DNA of 64,000 nucleotides from an uncultured Candidatus Saccharibacteria bacterium. GTDB taxonomy: Bacteria > Patescibacteriota > UBA1384 > JAGGWG01 > CAZAJM01. Numbering within the stretch: the first letter of the stretch is position 1; each line of letters begins with the position of its first letter. A program made the position numbers and the translations under genes. Location: assembly GCA_964485625.1 (NCBI GenBank), contig CAZAJM010000002.1, positions 36,167-100,166 of the forward strand. Direction: 5' to 3'. The notes under the pieces were generated by a model. That model made no database searches, was not told the DNA's origin, and worked only from the letters and a program-made list of their open reading frames with translations. Positions 38,592 through 47,739 of this stretch are shown here, one piece after another.

Positions 38592-39904
38592 TTAAAGATA
38601 AAATAAAAGAGATTATACCCGAAAGTCTTCTAGATTTCTACCATCAGGCAATGACCTGGCTTGCTTTAAATTACTATCGTCGACCGACAGAGAGAATGAA
38701 GGTTATTGGTGTAACTGGAACTAACGGCAAGACGACTACTTGTCATCTAATTAACCGTCTTCTAGAAGATGCCGGTTACAAGACAGGTATGATTACAACC
38801 ACTGCAATCAAAATCGACAAGAAGGTAGAGGTGAACAAAATGAAGATGACTACCCCCGAGCCCTTTACCCTCTTTTCCCTAATCAGGCAGATGAAAGATA
38901 GGGGCTGTCAATATCTAATACTGGAAACCTCCTCTCATGCTATTGCTCAGCACCGAGTGGCTGGAGTTGATTTTGATATGGCGGTGATGACCAATTTGAC
39001 TCGAGAGCATCTGGATTATCATAAGACATTTGAAGAGTACAAGCAGGCCAAGTTCTGGCTTTTTAATAATCTAACTAATTTTAAACGAAAACCAAACACA
39101 CCAAAGGTAGCAATCTTAAATCGTGATGATCGGAGTTGGTCTGATTTTTCTCAGGCTCAGGCCGACCGGACTTTTGCCTATGGTATTTTAAAAGGAGATA
39201 TTGTTGCTAAGTCTGTCAATTACCATGAAGATGGCAGTCAGTTTTTGGTAGAGACTCCTATTGGGCAGATAAGAATCGAGACTAATTTGCCGGGCAGGTT
39301 CAATGTCTATAACTCCCTAGCCGCCATATCGGCTGCAGTCGCTTTTGGTATCGATCTTAAGACAATCAAAAAGTCTCTTAAGTCTGCCAAGGGTGTGCCG
39401 GGGCGGATGGAGGTGATCGATCAAGGCCAAGATTTTAAAGTAATAGTCGATTATGCTCATACCCCCGATGGACTCAATCAGGTGCTCCAAACTCTAAAGC
39501 CAAGCCTAAAAGGCAAACTAATTATTGTTGTCGGAGCTGAGGGTAGGAGGTCCAAGACCAAGCGCCCCTTGCTTGGTGCTCTCTCGGCTAAGTATGGAGA
39601 TTATGTTATTGTCAGTAATGTTGATCCTCGGGATGAAGACCCTAATCAAATAATTAGTGATGTTGCCGATGGGGCAATTAGGGCAGAGAAGGGCGAAAAA
39701 CGAATTAAAGAAGGCAAGAACTTATTTAAGATTCCTGACCGTAAGAAGGCTATTAAGAAAGCTTTCTTTTTAGCCCGGCCCCAGGATACAGTTCTTCTGC
39801 TAGCTAAGGGTGCTGAGCAGGCAATGGAGTTAAAAGATAAGACTATTAGCTGGGATGACCGAAAAGTTGCCAGAGAACTTCTAAAATCAACCAAGAATGG
39901 CTGA
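38588..39904 (+). CDS. murE: Mur ligase, MurE-like (UDP-MurNAc-tripeptide synthetase), lacking the usual N-terminal domain
   Basis: P-loop VIGVTGTNGKTTT near the N-terminus. DYAHTPDGLNQVL motif typical of MurE/MurF. 438 aa. Confidence 0.6.
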   Translation: MIKDKIKEIIPESLLDFYHQAMTWLALNYYRRPTERMKVIGVTGTNGKTTTCHLINRLLEDAGYKTGMITTTAIKIDKKVEVNKMKMTTPEPFTLFSLIRQMKDRGCQYLILETSSHAIAQHRVAGVDFDMAVMTNLTREHLDYHKTFEEYKQAKFWLFNNLTNFKRKPNTPKVAILNRDDRSWSDFSQAQADRTFAYGILKGDIVAKSVNYHEDGSQFLVETPIGQIRIETNLPGRFNVYNSLAAISAAVAFGIDLKTIKKSLKSAKGVPGRMEVIDQGQDFKVIVDYAHTPDGLNQVLQTLKPSLKGKLIIVVGAEGRRSKTKRPLLGALSAKYGDYVIVSNVDPRDEDPNQIISDVADGAIRAEKGEKRIKEGKNLFKIPDRKKAIKKAFFLARPQDTVLLLAKGAEQAMELKDKTISWDDRKVARELLKSTKNG

Positions 39905-42608
39905 AGATAAAAAGAAAGAAAAATTAGTCTTAATCGATGGCCATGCCCTAATTCATCGGGCCTTCCATGCTCTGCCCGAGCTAACGACTAAAGATGGCCA
40001 GTTGGTAAACGCTGCCTATGGCTTCTGTCTGATTATGCTTAATGCCCTAGAAGACTTAAGGCCGGAATATGGTGCGGTTAGTTTTGATTTGGCTAAGCCA
40101 ACTTTTAGGCATAAAGAGTATGATCAGTATAAGGGGAAGAGAAAGAAGACTCCCAAAGAGCTCTCAAAACAGATTCCCTTAATAAAAGAGATTGTTCGTG
40201 CTTTTAACATTCCCATTTTTGAGCAGCAGGGTTATGAGGCTGATGATGTGGTTGGTTCTCTGGCCAAGCAATTAACAAACGTGCATCCAGGTCTTGAGGT
40301 AGTAATCGTTACTGGCGATCTGGATATCCTACAATTAGTAGACAGTAACATCTCTGTCTATACCATGAGAAAAGGCCTTACTAATATGATTAAGTATGAT
40401 AGAGATAAAGTTAAGCAGAGATATGGCTTTAAACCGGAGAAACTAATAGATTATAAGGGGCTAAAGGGTGACCCCAGTGACAACTTGCCGGGCGTAGAAG
40501 GCGTTGGAGACAAAACAGCCAAGATCTTAATCGATAAGCATGGCAGCCTAGAGCAGATATATGAGGATTTAGATAATGGTCTAGTCGATCTCTCCGATCG
40601 ATTGAAAGAAAGTCTAGAGAAAAATAGACAGATTGCCTTTCAGAGCAAAGACTTAGCCACTATTAGAACCGATGTTAAACTTGATGCTGGTCTAGATAAG
40701 ATGAAACTATCTGATTATGACAGAGAGAAAGTAGTTGAGTTGTTTAAAGGGCTTGAGTTTAGGTCTCTAATCCAGAGATTACCGGAATCTGATGGTAAAA
40801 AAAATTCGGATAACTCCAATAAAAGTAAAAAAGAAGCTAAATGCAGCTATCTACTTATTAAGTCAAAAAATCAGCTTAAGAAGATAATTGAAGAGATTAA
40901 AAATAAGAAGGTGTCAGCGATCGACTTAGAGACCGACAATCTAGGTGGCAAGATTGTTGGAGTATCTCTAGCTTGTTCGGCCGATAAAGCCTACTATCTT
41001 CCAATTGGCAAAAAATTCAAAACAGCGGACCTAGAAGATTTAATTGAGGATAAATCTATTATTAAAATTGGCCACGGATTAAAATATGACTACCAAATGT
41101 TAGCAGAAAACGGGCTTAGTTTGGAAGGAGAGCTCTTCGACACGATGGTTGCGGCCTATCTAATCAATCCGGAAAGAAGGAGCTATAAGCTAGATAATTT
41201 AGTGATGGATGAGTTTGGCGAAGAGATTACTCCCTTAACCGATCTGATGGGCAAAGATTACGGTACCAATTTAAGCCAAGTAGAGGTGGAGAAAGTCAAA
41301 GACTATGCCTGTGAGGATGCCGAGATGGCCTATCGACTCTACAAGCTATATAGAGATCAACTTAAAGATCTCAAACTACAAAAACTATTTGGGCAGATTG
41401 AGATGCCTCTGATGCCAATTTTAGCGACTATGGAGAGTTTGGGGATCAGGGTGAGTAAGGCTAAGCTAGAGGAATTAAAAAGTAAGGTTAGTTCTAAGCT
41501 GGAAACGACCGAAAAAAAGATAAAAGATTTAGCCGGCAGTGACTTTAATCTTAACTCCCCTCTTCAGCTTAGAGAGGTGCTCTTTGATAAACTAGAGATT
41601 AGTAGCAAAGGAATTAGAAAGACTAAGACAGGGCTCTCCACTGCAGCTAGCGAATTGGAGAAGATAAAAGACCGCCATCCGATAGCCAAATTAATTTTAG
41701 AGTATCGCCAGGTTGAAAAGATTAGGAACACCTATATCGAGCCTCTCTTAGAGAGAGAAGTTCAAAGAATTAAGACCAACTTCAATCAAGTAGCGACAGC
41801 TACAGGCCGACTCTCTTCTTCTGACCCTAATCTACAGAACATCCCAACTAGAAGTGAGTTGGGTCAGGAGGTCAGAAAGGTTTTTATTCCAGAGGATGGC
41901 TTTAGGTTGGTGAGTTTAGACTACTCTCAAATCGAGCTGAGGGTAGCTGCTCATCTCTCTGGAGATAAGACAATGGAAGAAGCTTTTAATAGTAATCAGG
42001 ATATTCATTCCAAGACTGCCTCCGAGCTCTTTGAAGTTAGCTTGGATAAAGTTAGTGAAAAACAGAGAGACCAAGCTAAAACGATTAACTTTGCCGTACT
42101 TTATGGCATGAGCCCCTACGGCCTCTCCCAGTCCTTGGATGAATCAAGAGAGTATGCCTCAAAGTTTATCAATAATTACTTCAAAACTTTTTCGGGAGTG
42201 AAAAAATATCTCGACAGTCTCGTTGATCAGGCCAAAGAAGAGGGCTATGTTGAAACAATGTTAGGTCGAAGAAGATACTTTGATCTAAAACAAGGTTCCA
42301 ACCGAAGACAGCTTGAAAGAGCGGCTATTAATACCCCAATTCAGGGTAGCGCGGCCGATATCATGAAAAAAGCAATGATTGATGTCAGTAATAGTATCTC
42401 TTTGTCAAAGACTCTTAAATCAAAGAAACCCAGAATGATATTACAAGTACATGATGAACTTATTTTTGAGATTAGGGAGAATAATTGGCTCTTGGAGGCA
42501 GAGAAAATTAAAAAAATTATGGAGTCGGTTGTTGATTTGAAGGTGCCTCTTAAGGTTGATATTAAGTCAGGTAGCAGTTGGGGAGAGATGGAGAAAGAAG
42601 ATGTCTAA
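39897..42608 (+). CDS. polA: DNA polymerase I (5'-3' exonuclease, 3'-5' exonuclease-like and polymerase domains)
   Basis: N-terminal 5' nuclease LVLIDGHALIHRAFHA...YEADDVVGSLA. Polymerase motifs ...DYSQIELRVAAHLS... and ...QVHDELIFE.... 903 aa. Confidence 0.9.
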   Translation: MAEDKKKEKLVLIDGHALIHRAFHALPELTTKDGQLVNAAYGFCLIMLNALEDLRPEYGAVSFDLAKPTFRHKEYDQYKGKRKKTPKELSKQIPLIKEIVRAFNIPIFEQQGYEADDVVGSLAKQLTNVHPGLEVVIVTGDLDILQLVDSNISVYTMRKGLTNMIKYDRDKVKQRYGFKPEKLIDYKGLKGDPSDNLPGVEGVGDKTAKILIDKHGSLEQIYEDLDNGLVDLSDRLKESLEKNRQIAFQSKDLATIRTDVKLDAGLDKMKLSDYDREKVVELFKGLEFRSLIQRLPESDGKKNSDNSNKSKKEAKCSYLLIKSKNQLKKIIEEIKNKKVSAIDLETDNLGGKIVGVSLACSADKAYYLPIGKKFKTADLEDLIEDKSIIKIGHGLKYDYQMLAENGLSLEGELFDTMVAAYLINPERRSYKLDNLVMDEFGEEITPLTDLMGKDYGTNLSQVEVEKVKDYACEDAEMAYRLYKLYRDQLKDLKLQKLFGQIEMPLMPILATMESLGIRVSKAKLEELKSKVSSKLETTEKKIKDLAGSDFNLNSPLQLREVLFDKLEISSKGIRKTKTGLSTAASELEKIKDRHPIAKLILEYRQVEKIRNTYIEPLLEREVQRIKTNFNQVATATGRLSSSDPNLQNIPTRSELGQEVRKVFIPEDGFRLVSLDYSQIELRVAAHLSGDKTMEEAFNSNQDIHSKTASELFEVSLDKVSEKQRDQAKTINFAVLYGMSPYGLSQSLDESREYASKFINNYFKTFSGVKKYLDSLVDQAKEEGYVETMLGRRRYFDLKQGSNRRQLERAAINTPIQGSAADIMKKAMIDVSNSISLSKTLKSKKPRMILQVHDELIFEIRENNWLLEAEKIKKIMESVVDLKVPLKVDIKSGSSWGEMEKEDV

Positions 42609-43563
42609 GTATTTGCTATTTGGAGAAGATAAATTAAAAAAAGAGCAGGCTGTAAAAAAACTAAAAGAGAAGTTTGGTAAGAAATACTCGGTTCATAATA
42701 TTGAGCAGTTTGATTTTAGTCGGGCCGATCTCTCCATCCAGGACTTACAGGCCAAGTTGCAGGCAGTACCTTTTCTGGCCAAGAAGAGGCTTTTAATAAT
42801 TAGTAATGTTCTTTCTTCTTTTAATAAAAATCAGACCAAAAAAAGAGAGATTGTCAGTAGGCAGTTGACCGCTGCTCCGGAGACTACCATTTTAGTTATT
42901 ATCGAGGAGAAGGTCCATCATGCCACTGCCAAGAAGCTTGGCCAGAGCGGATTTAAGGTTAAAGATTTTAAATCTAGCTATGGTTATCAGCTTGAAAGTT
43001 GGTTAAAAGATAAGGTCGATCAGATGGATCTAAGTATTGATTCCAAGAATACTAAATTAGTAATTGAGCGTCTTGGCTCAGACAGCGGAGCAATCTATCA
43101 GGAGCTGATCAAACTCAAACACTATCTTGGCTATGATGACAGAAGAAAAATAACCAGTGAGGATATTGAGCAAGTGGTTAGTATCAAAACTGATCTAGTT
43201 ATCTTTGATCTAATCGACAAAGTGGCGACCAAACAACTTGATAAGGCAGTTGAGTACTTGTTTGACTTACTTGATCAAGGTGTCTCGGAGACCTATATTG
43301 TGGCGATGATCGACTCAACTTTAACTAAGATAATTCAAGCTTTGGACTGTGGGGAGCAAGAAGAGTCTCTTAGCCCCGATAAGCTTAAGAACAAATTTGG
43401 CTGGCATCCTTATGTTTCTAAGAAGATTTTCTCTCAGATGAAAAGCTTTAACAAAAAAGCTCTGATAGATAGTTATCAGAAGCTATATCAAACTGATTAC
43501 AACCTTAAGCTTGCCAAAACGGAACCAAAGACCCAATTAGCTCTCTTTCTTAGCCAATTGTGA
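42601..43563 (+). CDS. holA: DNA polymerase III delta subunit-like protein
   Basis: The start is placed at ATGTCTAAG overlapping the polA stop (MSKYLLFGED...). The ORF-track 42556 start would overlap the polA C-terminus. HolA-like length and position. Confidence 0.55.
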   Translation: MSKYLLFGEDKLKKEQAVKKLKEKFGKKYSVHNIEQFDFSRADLSIQDLQAKLQAVPFLAKKRLLIISNVLSSFNKNQTKKREIVSRQLTAAPETTILVIIEEKVHHATAKKLGQSGFKVKDFKSSYGYQLESWLKDKVDQMDLSIDSKNTKLVIERLGSDSGAIYQELIKLKHYLGYDDRRKITSEDIEQVVSIKTDLVIFDLIDKVATKQLDKAVEYLFDLLDQGVSETYIVAMIDSTLTKIIQALDCGEQEESLSPDKLKNKFGWHPYVSKKIFSQMKSFNKKALIDSYQKLYQTDYNLKLAKTEPKTQLALFLSQL

Positions 43564-43782
43564 TTTTAGCCGAGCTGCTTTATTGGGATGGATAATATTT
43601 TTCTTAGCCGCCTTATCTATAGCTTTATAGGCTCTGGCAATCGCCTCTTCGCGGGCTTTTTTTGATTTGGCCGATTCGAGCTCTTTTCTGGACTCTCGGA
43701 TCTTTTCTAAGTAATCTAAATTCTTTTGGCGGTTGCGCCGATTGATTTGAATTCGTTTTTTAGATGATTTGATAATTGCCAT
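43537..43782 (-). CDS. rpsT: 30S ribosomal protein S20
   Basis: MAIIKSSKKRIQINRRNRQKN... is S20-like from the internal Met. Basic, about 80 aa. Confidence 0.8.
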   Translation of the reverse strand: MAIIKSSKKRIQINRRNRQKNLDYLEKIRESRKELESAKSKKAREEAIARAYKAIDKAAKKNIIHPNKAARLKSQLAKKES

Positions 43783-43862
43783 ATGAGAAGATGTTAACAT
43801 AGGCTATCTGATAAGTCAATCATCGACCAAGAAAATTATGATATAATTAGATTAAGCTATAT

Positions 43863-45503
43863 ATGATAAAAACATTAGAAGGAAGGGGCAAGTATAGTTT
43901 GGAATTTGTTTTAGCAGTATCTTCTTTATTACTGCTGTTTTTTCTTGTTTTTCCCGCTAGGATCTCTGCCTATAGCTATAGCCCGGTTATTGAGCAGGTC
44001 GATGCTATGGTTGAGATTGGTAAAGATGGTTCAGTGACTGTTGATCAGGAGATGGTATTTAATTCTAATAGTAATTACCTGTTTTGGATAATTCCCTCCA
44101 AAAATGCTACTAATATCTCTATTAGTCAGGGGGGCCAGATGGTGATGCCCTCTAAGATAAAAAAAGAGGGTGACCGAACGATTGTCTTCTGGCTTAGCCA
44201 GGATAGTCAGGACTATTACACTCAGTCCAAATCTTCTTTGAGCTATCAGCTGCCTTCAGATATCTCTCTTCGCTCAGGCAAGGAACTTATTAATCATATC
44301 TATCTAAAAGAGCCGGGCCAGATGATTGAGGAGCTTAATTTAAGTGTTACTTATCCAGGAGAGATAGTTTCTTCAGAGCAAAGATATTACGGTGTCCATG
44401 GTGTAGGGGAGGTTGAATACAGCCAGGAAAATAACCGTTTCGACTATCAGGTTAGCCAGATCTCTGAATATGGCATCTTCTCTTTTGACCTAGTTGCGCC
44501 AAGAGGCTCTTTCGAGCAGACCTTCTGGGAGGAGTTAAAGCTATCAATTGGCTCCCTTAGCTTAGAGGTAGTCTTGCTTATTAGCCTGGTCTTGCCCCTG
44601 ATAGCTCTCTTCTTTCTTTTCTCTATCTACCGCAATCATATCTATACTAAGGATATCTCCAACCTTAAAGGTTATCTCGACCAGCCCCCGTCTAAATTGA
44701 GCCCGATGGAGGTAGATATTTTACGCAGAGGAAGACTAAGCCAGAGTGGGATTGGAGCTCAGATTCTAAGTCTGCTTAACAGAGGTTATCTAACGGTAGT
44801 CGAGAAACCGGATAAGACAATCCTTGGCAAGATTAAAGAGCCAAATGAGGAGATTAGTGAGCAGGACCGGATGCTTATCAATATTCTATTTGAGAGGAAG
44901 AAACTAAAGGGTGGCTTAGGTGAAATTGAGAAGAAGAAGAGAGAGTCTCTTTTTGATAAGCTAACTGATGAGTTGTTTAAAAAAGTTAACAGAAAAGTTT
45001 TTGATATGAATCTTTTTGTTGCCGATCAAACCAAGATTAAAAACAGAGTTTTAAAACAAGCGATATTAATCTTTTTTGTTGCGCTACTGTTGGCTATCTT
45101 CTTGTTGCTATTTTTTCCTTCCTCGCCTTGGTTAGCAGTAGCACCTGTTAGCATGGTCTTTATCTCCCTATTAATTGTTCGTCTAAGACATTTCTTTACT
45201 GTTCGTAGTCCAAAAGGCCAGGACGAGTTGGTTAGTTGGCTTAAATTTAAAAATTACTTAAAAGAAGAGCATCCCGTTACTCGGGCCGATAAGGCTACTT
45301 TTTTAGAGTATCTGCCTTGGGCCTACCTTTTCTCAGTCAGCCAGAGCTGGACAAGAAAGTTTAATCGCTATCCCATCGCTTGCCCTTCTTGGTTTGCAAG
45401 TTGTACGCATGGAGAGCGAATAGAAGACCGAATTAAAAAGACGACCGATTTAATTGATAGGATATCCGAAGAGATTGTTGGCCTAAAATCGCCTCTATCT
45501 TAA
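43863..45503 (+). CDS. DUF2207-like membrane protein
   Basis: Signal/TM N-terminus. SYS...IEQVDAMVEIGKDGSVTVDQEMVF resembles the DUF2207 N-terminal domain. Internal TM pair and Cys-containing C-terminus. Confidence 0.4.
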   Translation: MIKTLEGRGKYSLEFVLAVSSLLLLFFLVFPARISAYSYSPVIEQVDAMVEIGKDGSVTVDQEMVFNSNSNYLFWIIPSKNATNISISQGGQMVMPSKIKKEGDRTIVFWLSQDSQDYYTQSKSSLSYQLPSDISLRSGKELINHIYLKEPGQMIEELNLSVTYPGEIVSSEQRYYGVHGVGEVEYSQENNRFDYQVSQISEYGIFSFDLVAPRGSFEQTFWEELKLSIGSLSLEVVLLISLVLPLIALFFLFSIYRNHIYTKDISNLKGYLDQPPSKLSPMEVDILRRGRLSQSGIGAQILSLLNRGYLTVVEKPDKTILGKIKEPNEEISEQDRMLINILFERKKLKGGLGEIEKKKRESLFDKLTDELFKKVNRKVFDMNLFVADQTKIKNRVLKQAILIFFVALLLAIFLLLFFPSSPWLAVAPVSMVFISLLIVRLRHFFTVRSPKGQDELVSWLKFKNYLKEEHPVTRADKATFLEYLPWAYLFSVSQSWTRKFNRYPIACPSWFASCTHGERIEDRIKKTTDLIDRISEEIVGLKSPLS

Positions 45504-45573
45504 CTGTTGACTAACCAATTATTATATGATTAAATGGAGTTAAGACGACTCCTAATTAATTTTTATTTCTAAG

Positions 45574-46713
45574 ATGAACTCAAGCGATCTGACTGAAAAA
45601 CAAAAAGCAGTACAAGAGATTAAAGAGGCCAAGCATATCTTGCTGGCTATCTCTCAAAGACCGACCGGTGATCAGATAGGTTCACTTTTAGCATTAGCCG
45701 AAGGGTTAAGGTTGGGTAAGAAAAATATTTTCTTTGCCAGTGGCAGCCAACTTGATGACAGATATAGTTATTTGAGTGGATTTAAAAACATTAACTACAA
45801 TCTTACAGGTTCAAAGGATTTTATTTTACAGATAGACCAGAAGGGTGCCAAGGCAGATCACCTGGGTTATAAGATGGAAGATGGCAAATTAAAAATTACT
45901 ATTACTCCTGAGATGGGTAATTTTGAGCCTGATGATGTTAGTTACTCTTATGGTGACTATCAGTACGACCTAATAATCACTCTCGGAGTTAGTGAACTTA
46001 AAACTTTGGGCAAGCTCTACGAAGATGATCCGGAAATCTTCTATAAGACCAAAACTATTAATATTGACAATAACGCCAAAAACCAACAGTACGGAGAGAT
46101 TAATTGGCTCGATAAAAAATCCTCTTCTCTTTCTGAAATGATGGTTTCAATTATGGAGGCTTTGGAGATTGATTTAAACGAAGAGATTGCCACTGCCCTA
46201 TTAACCGGCCTTATTAGCTCGACTAATCGATTTCAAGATGAAAATACTACATCAAAAGCCTTAACTGTTGCAGCCCAACTAATGGCGGCTGGGGCTGATC
46301 GTTCTAAGATAATAAACAATCTTTATGACCAGACCCCCTACCTTTATTTAAAAGGCTGGGGCAGAATTATGGAGAACTTAAACCTAGATCCGGCACTTAA
46401 TTTTGCTTTCTCTAACTTAAGCAAGAAAGACTTAACGGAACTGAAAATTGAAGGCCCAGCCATTAACCAGGCACTTGATAAGTTGCTTTCCAATATTAAG
46501 GAGGCTCGAATAGCTGCCCTAATTCAACAGACTGATGACGGAGTGAAAGTATCTCTGAGATCCGGAGGAGAGATAGATGTTTCTACGCTAGCTAAAAAGT
46601 ATGATGGAGGTGGCCAGAAGACCAAGGCCGGCTTTGACTTAAAAGGAGACTATGAGGATTTAAAGAAGAAATCGGTTAGATTGATTAAAGACTATCTAAA
46701 AGAAAATCTCTAG
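45574..46713 (+). CDS. NrnA-like DHH/DHHA1-family protein with substituted catalytic motifs (probable pseudo-enzyme)
   Basis: Architecture parallels NrnA. Motif I HxxPDxD is RPTGDQ. Motif III DHH is IDNN. DHHA1 GGGH is GGGQ. Confidence 0.5.
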   Translation: MNSSDLTEKQKAVQEIKEAKHILLAISQRPTGDQIGSLLALAEGLRLGKKNIFFASGSQLDDRYSYLSGFKNINYNLTGSKDFILQIDQKGAKADHLGYKMEDGKLKITITPEMGNFEPDDVSYSYGDYQYDLIITLGVSELKTLGKLYEDDPEIFYKTKTINIDNNAKNQQYGEINWLDKKSSSLSEMMVSIMEALEIDLNEEIATALLTGLISSTNRFQDENTTSKALTVAAQLMAAGADRSKIINNLYDQTPYLYLKGWGRIMENLNLDPALNFAFSNLSKKDLTELKIEGPAINQALDKLLSNIKEARIAALIQQTDDGVKVSLRSGGEIDVSTLAKKYDGGGQKTKAGFDLKGDYEDLKKKSVRLIKDYLKENL

Positions 46714-46739
46714 ATTTCTGATATAATAGAGCTAACGAT

Positions 46740-47297
46740 ATGAAATTCTTAAATCGTTTAGAGCGAGGTTTTGTTTGGTTTTTTGATATCGGTCGGGTAG
46801 TTATTCTAATAGCGATAACTGCTATAGTTTTCTACTACTCAACCGGACAGTTCTTTGTCGTTAGCGGAGTATCCATGAACCCTAGTTTAGTTGATGGAGA
46901 GTGGTTAGCTATTTCAAAAATTAACCACTATATCAGGGATATAAAAAGAGGCGAGGTGATCGTCTTTCATTTTCCCGGCACCAGAGAGGACAAATATATT
47001 AAAAGAGTTATCGGTCTGCCCGGCGAAGAAGTAAAAGTAAAGAATAGCAAGATTTTCATTGATAACCAACAGCTCTATGAGGGTTATTTAGACAAAAAAG
47101 AGATTACTGAAGGAGAGGTAAATATTAAATTAAACAAAGACGAGTACTTTGTTATGGGAGATAACCGTAATCAGTCCAACGACTCTAGGGCCTGGGGGCC
47201 TTTGCCTAAAGAAGAGATCATTGGTCAGGCAGTCTTTGTGCTCTATCCAAATAAAGATAGTCGCTCAATTATTGTGCCGGGTTATCACCTGAACTGA
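46740..47297 (+). CDS. lepB: Signal peptidase I
   Basis: GVSMNPSL (Ser box), IKRVIGLPGE (Lys box), VMGDNRNQSNDSRAWG. Confidence 0.85.
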   Translation: MKFLNRLERGFVWFFDIGRVVILIAITAIVFYYSTGQFFVVSGVSMNPSLVDGEWLAISKINHYIRDIKRGEVIVFHFPGTREDKYIKRVIGLPGEEVKVKNSKIFIDNQQLYEGYLDKKEITEGEVNIKLNKDEYFVMGDNRNQSNDSRAWGPLPKEEIIGQAVFVLYPNKDSRSIIVPGYHLN

Positions 47298-47356
47298 GAA
47301 GGCTTGCAATATTAAGGAAAGTTTGATACTATGTTCTCATAAAGATAGAAACTACT

Positions 47357-47617
47357 ATGGCTAGAAAAACCAAAGAAGAAAAACTAAAGGATAAATACCA
47401 GGAGCACAAAGAGGATACTGGCTCTACTCCTGTTCAAGTAATTGATCTATCTGCTAAGATTAACGAGTTAGCCGACCACCTTAAAGAACACAAGAAAGAT
47501 TTTGACTCTAAGGTTGGTCTTTTAAAGATGATTTCCAAAAGAAGGAAACTTCTGATATACTTAAGAAAAGAAGACGAAGATAGGTACACAAAATTAATTA
47601 AGGACTTAGATCTCTAA
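47357..47617 (+). CDS. rpsO: 30S ribosomal protein S15
   Basis: 86 aa. ...DTGSTPVQVIDLSAKINELADHLKEHKKDFDSKVGLLKMISKRRKLLIYL. Confidence 0.9.
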   Translation: MARKTKEEKLKDKYQEHKEDTGSTPVQVIDLSAKINELADHLKEHKKDFDSKVGLLKMISKRRKLLIYLRKEDEDRYTKLIKDLDL

Positions 47618-47739
47618 AAAGGTAGATAGTTCAAAGTTTAAGGGAGGAAGAGAATTGATTAAGGAGCTTAGAGCTTGATTAGTTCCTTTTCTCTCTCGTG
47701 TTTGAACTCATCACTTCTAACGGATCTATTATCTAAACT

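Noticed and set aside
42556-42600. Upstream extension of the holA-like ORF
   Set aside because: It would overlap the polA C-terminus. ATGTCTAAG at 42601 forms the usual stop-start overlap.
47618-47739. Possible rpsO-pnp intergenic RNase III-type hairpin
   Set aside because: Only a 4-5 bp imperfect stem (gagcttagagctt) could be found. Not convincing.
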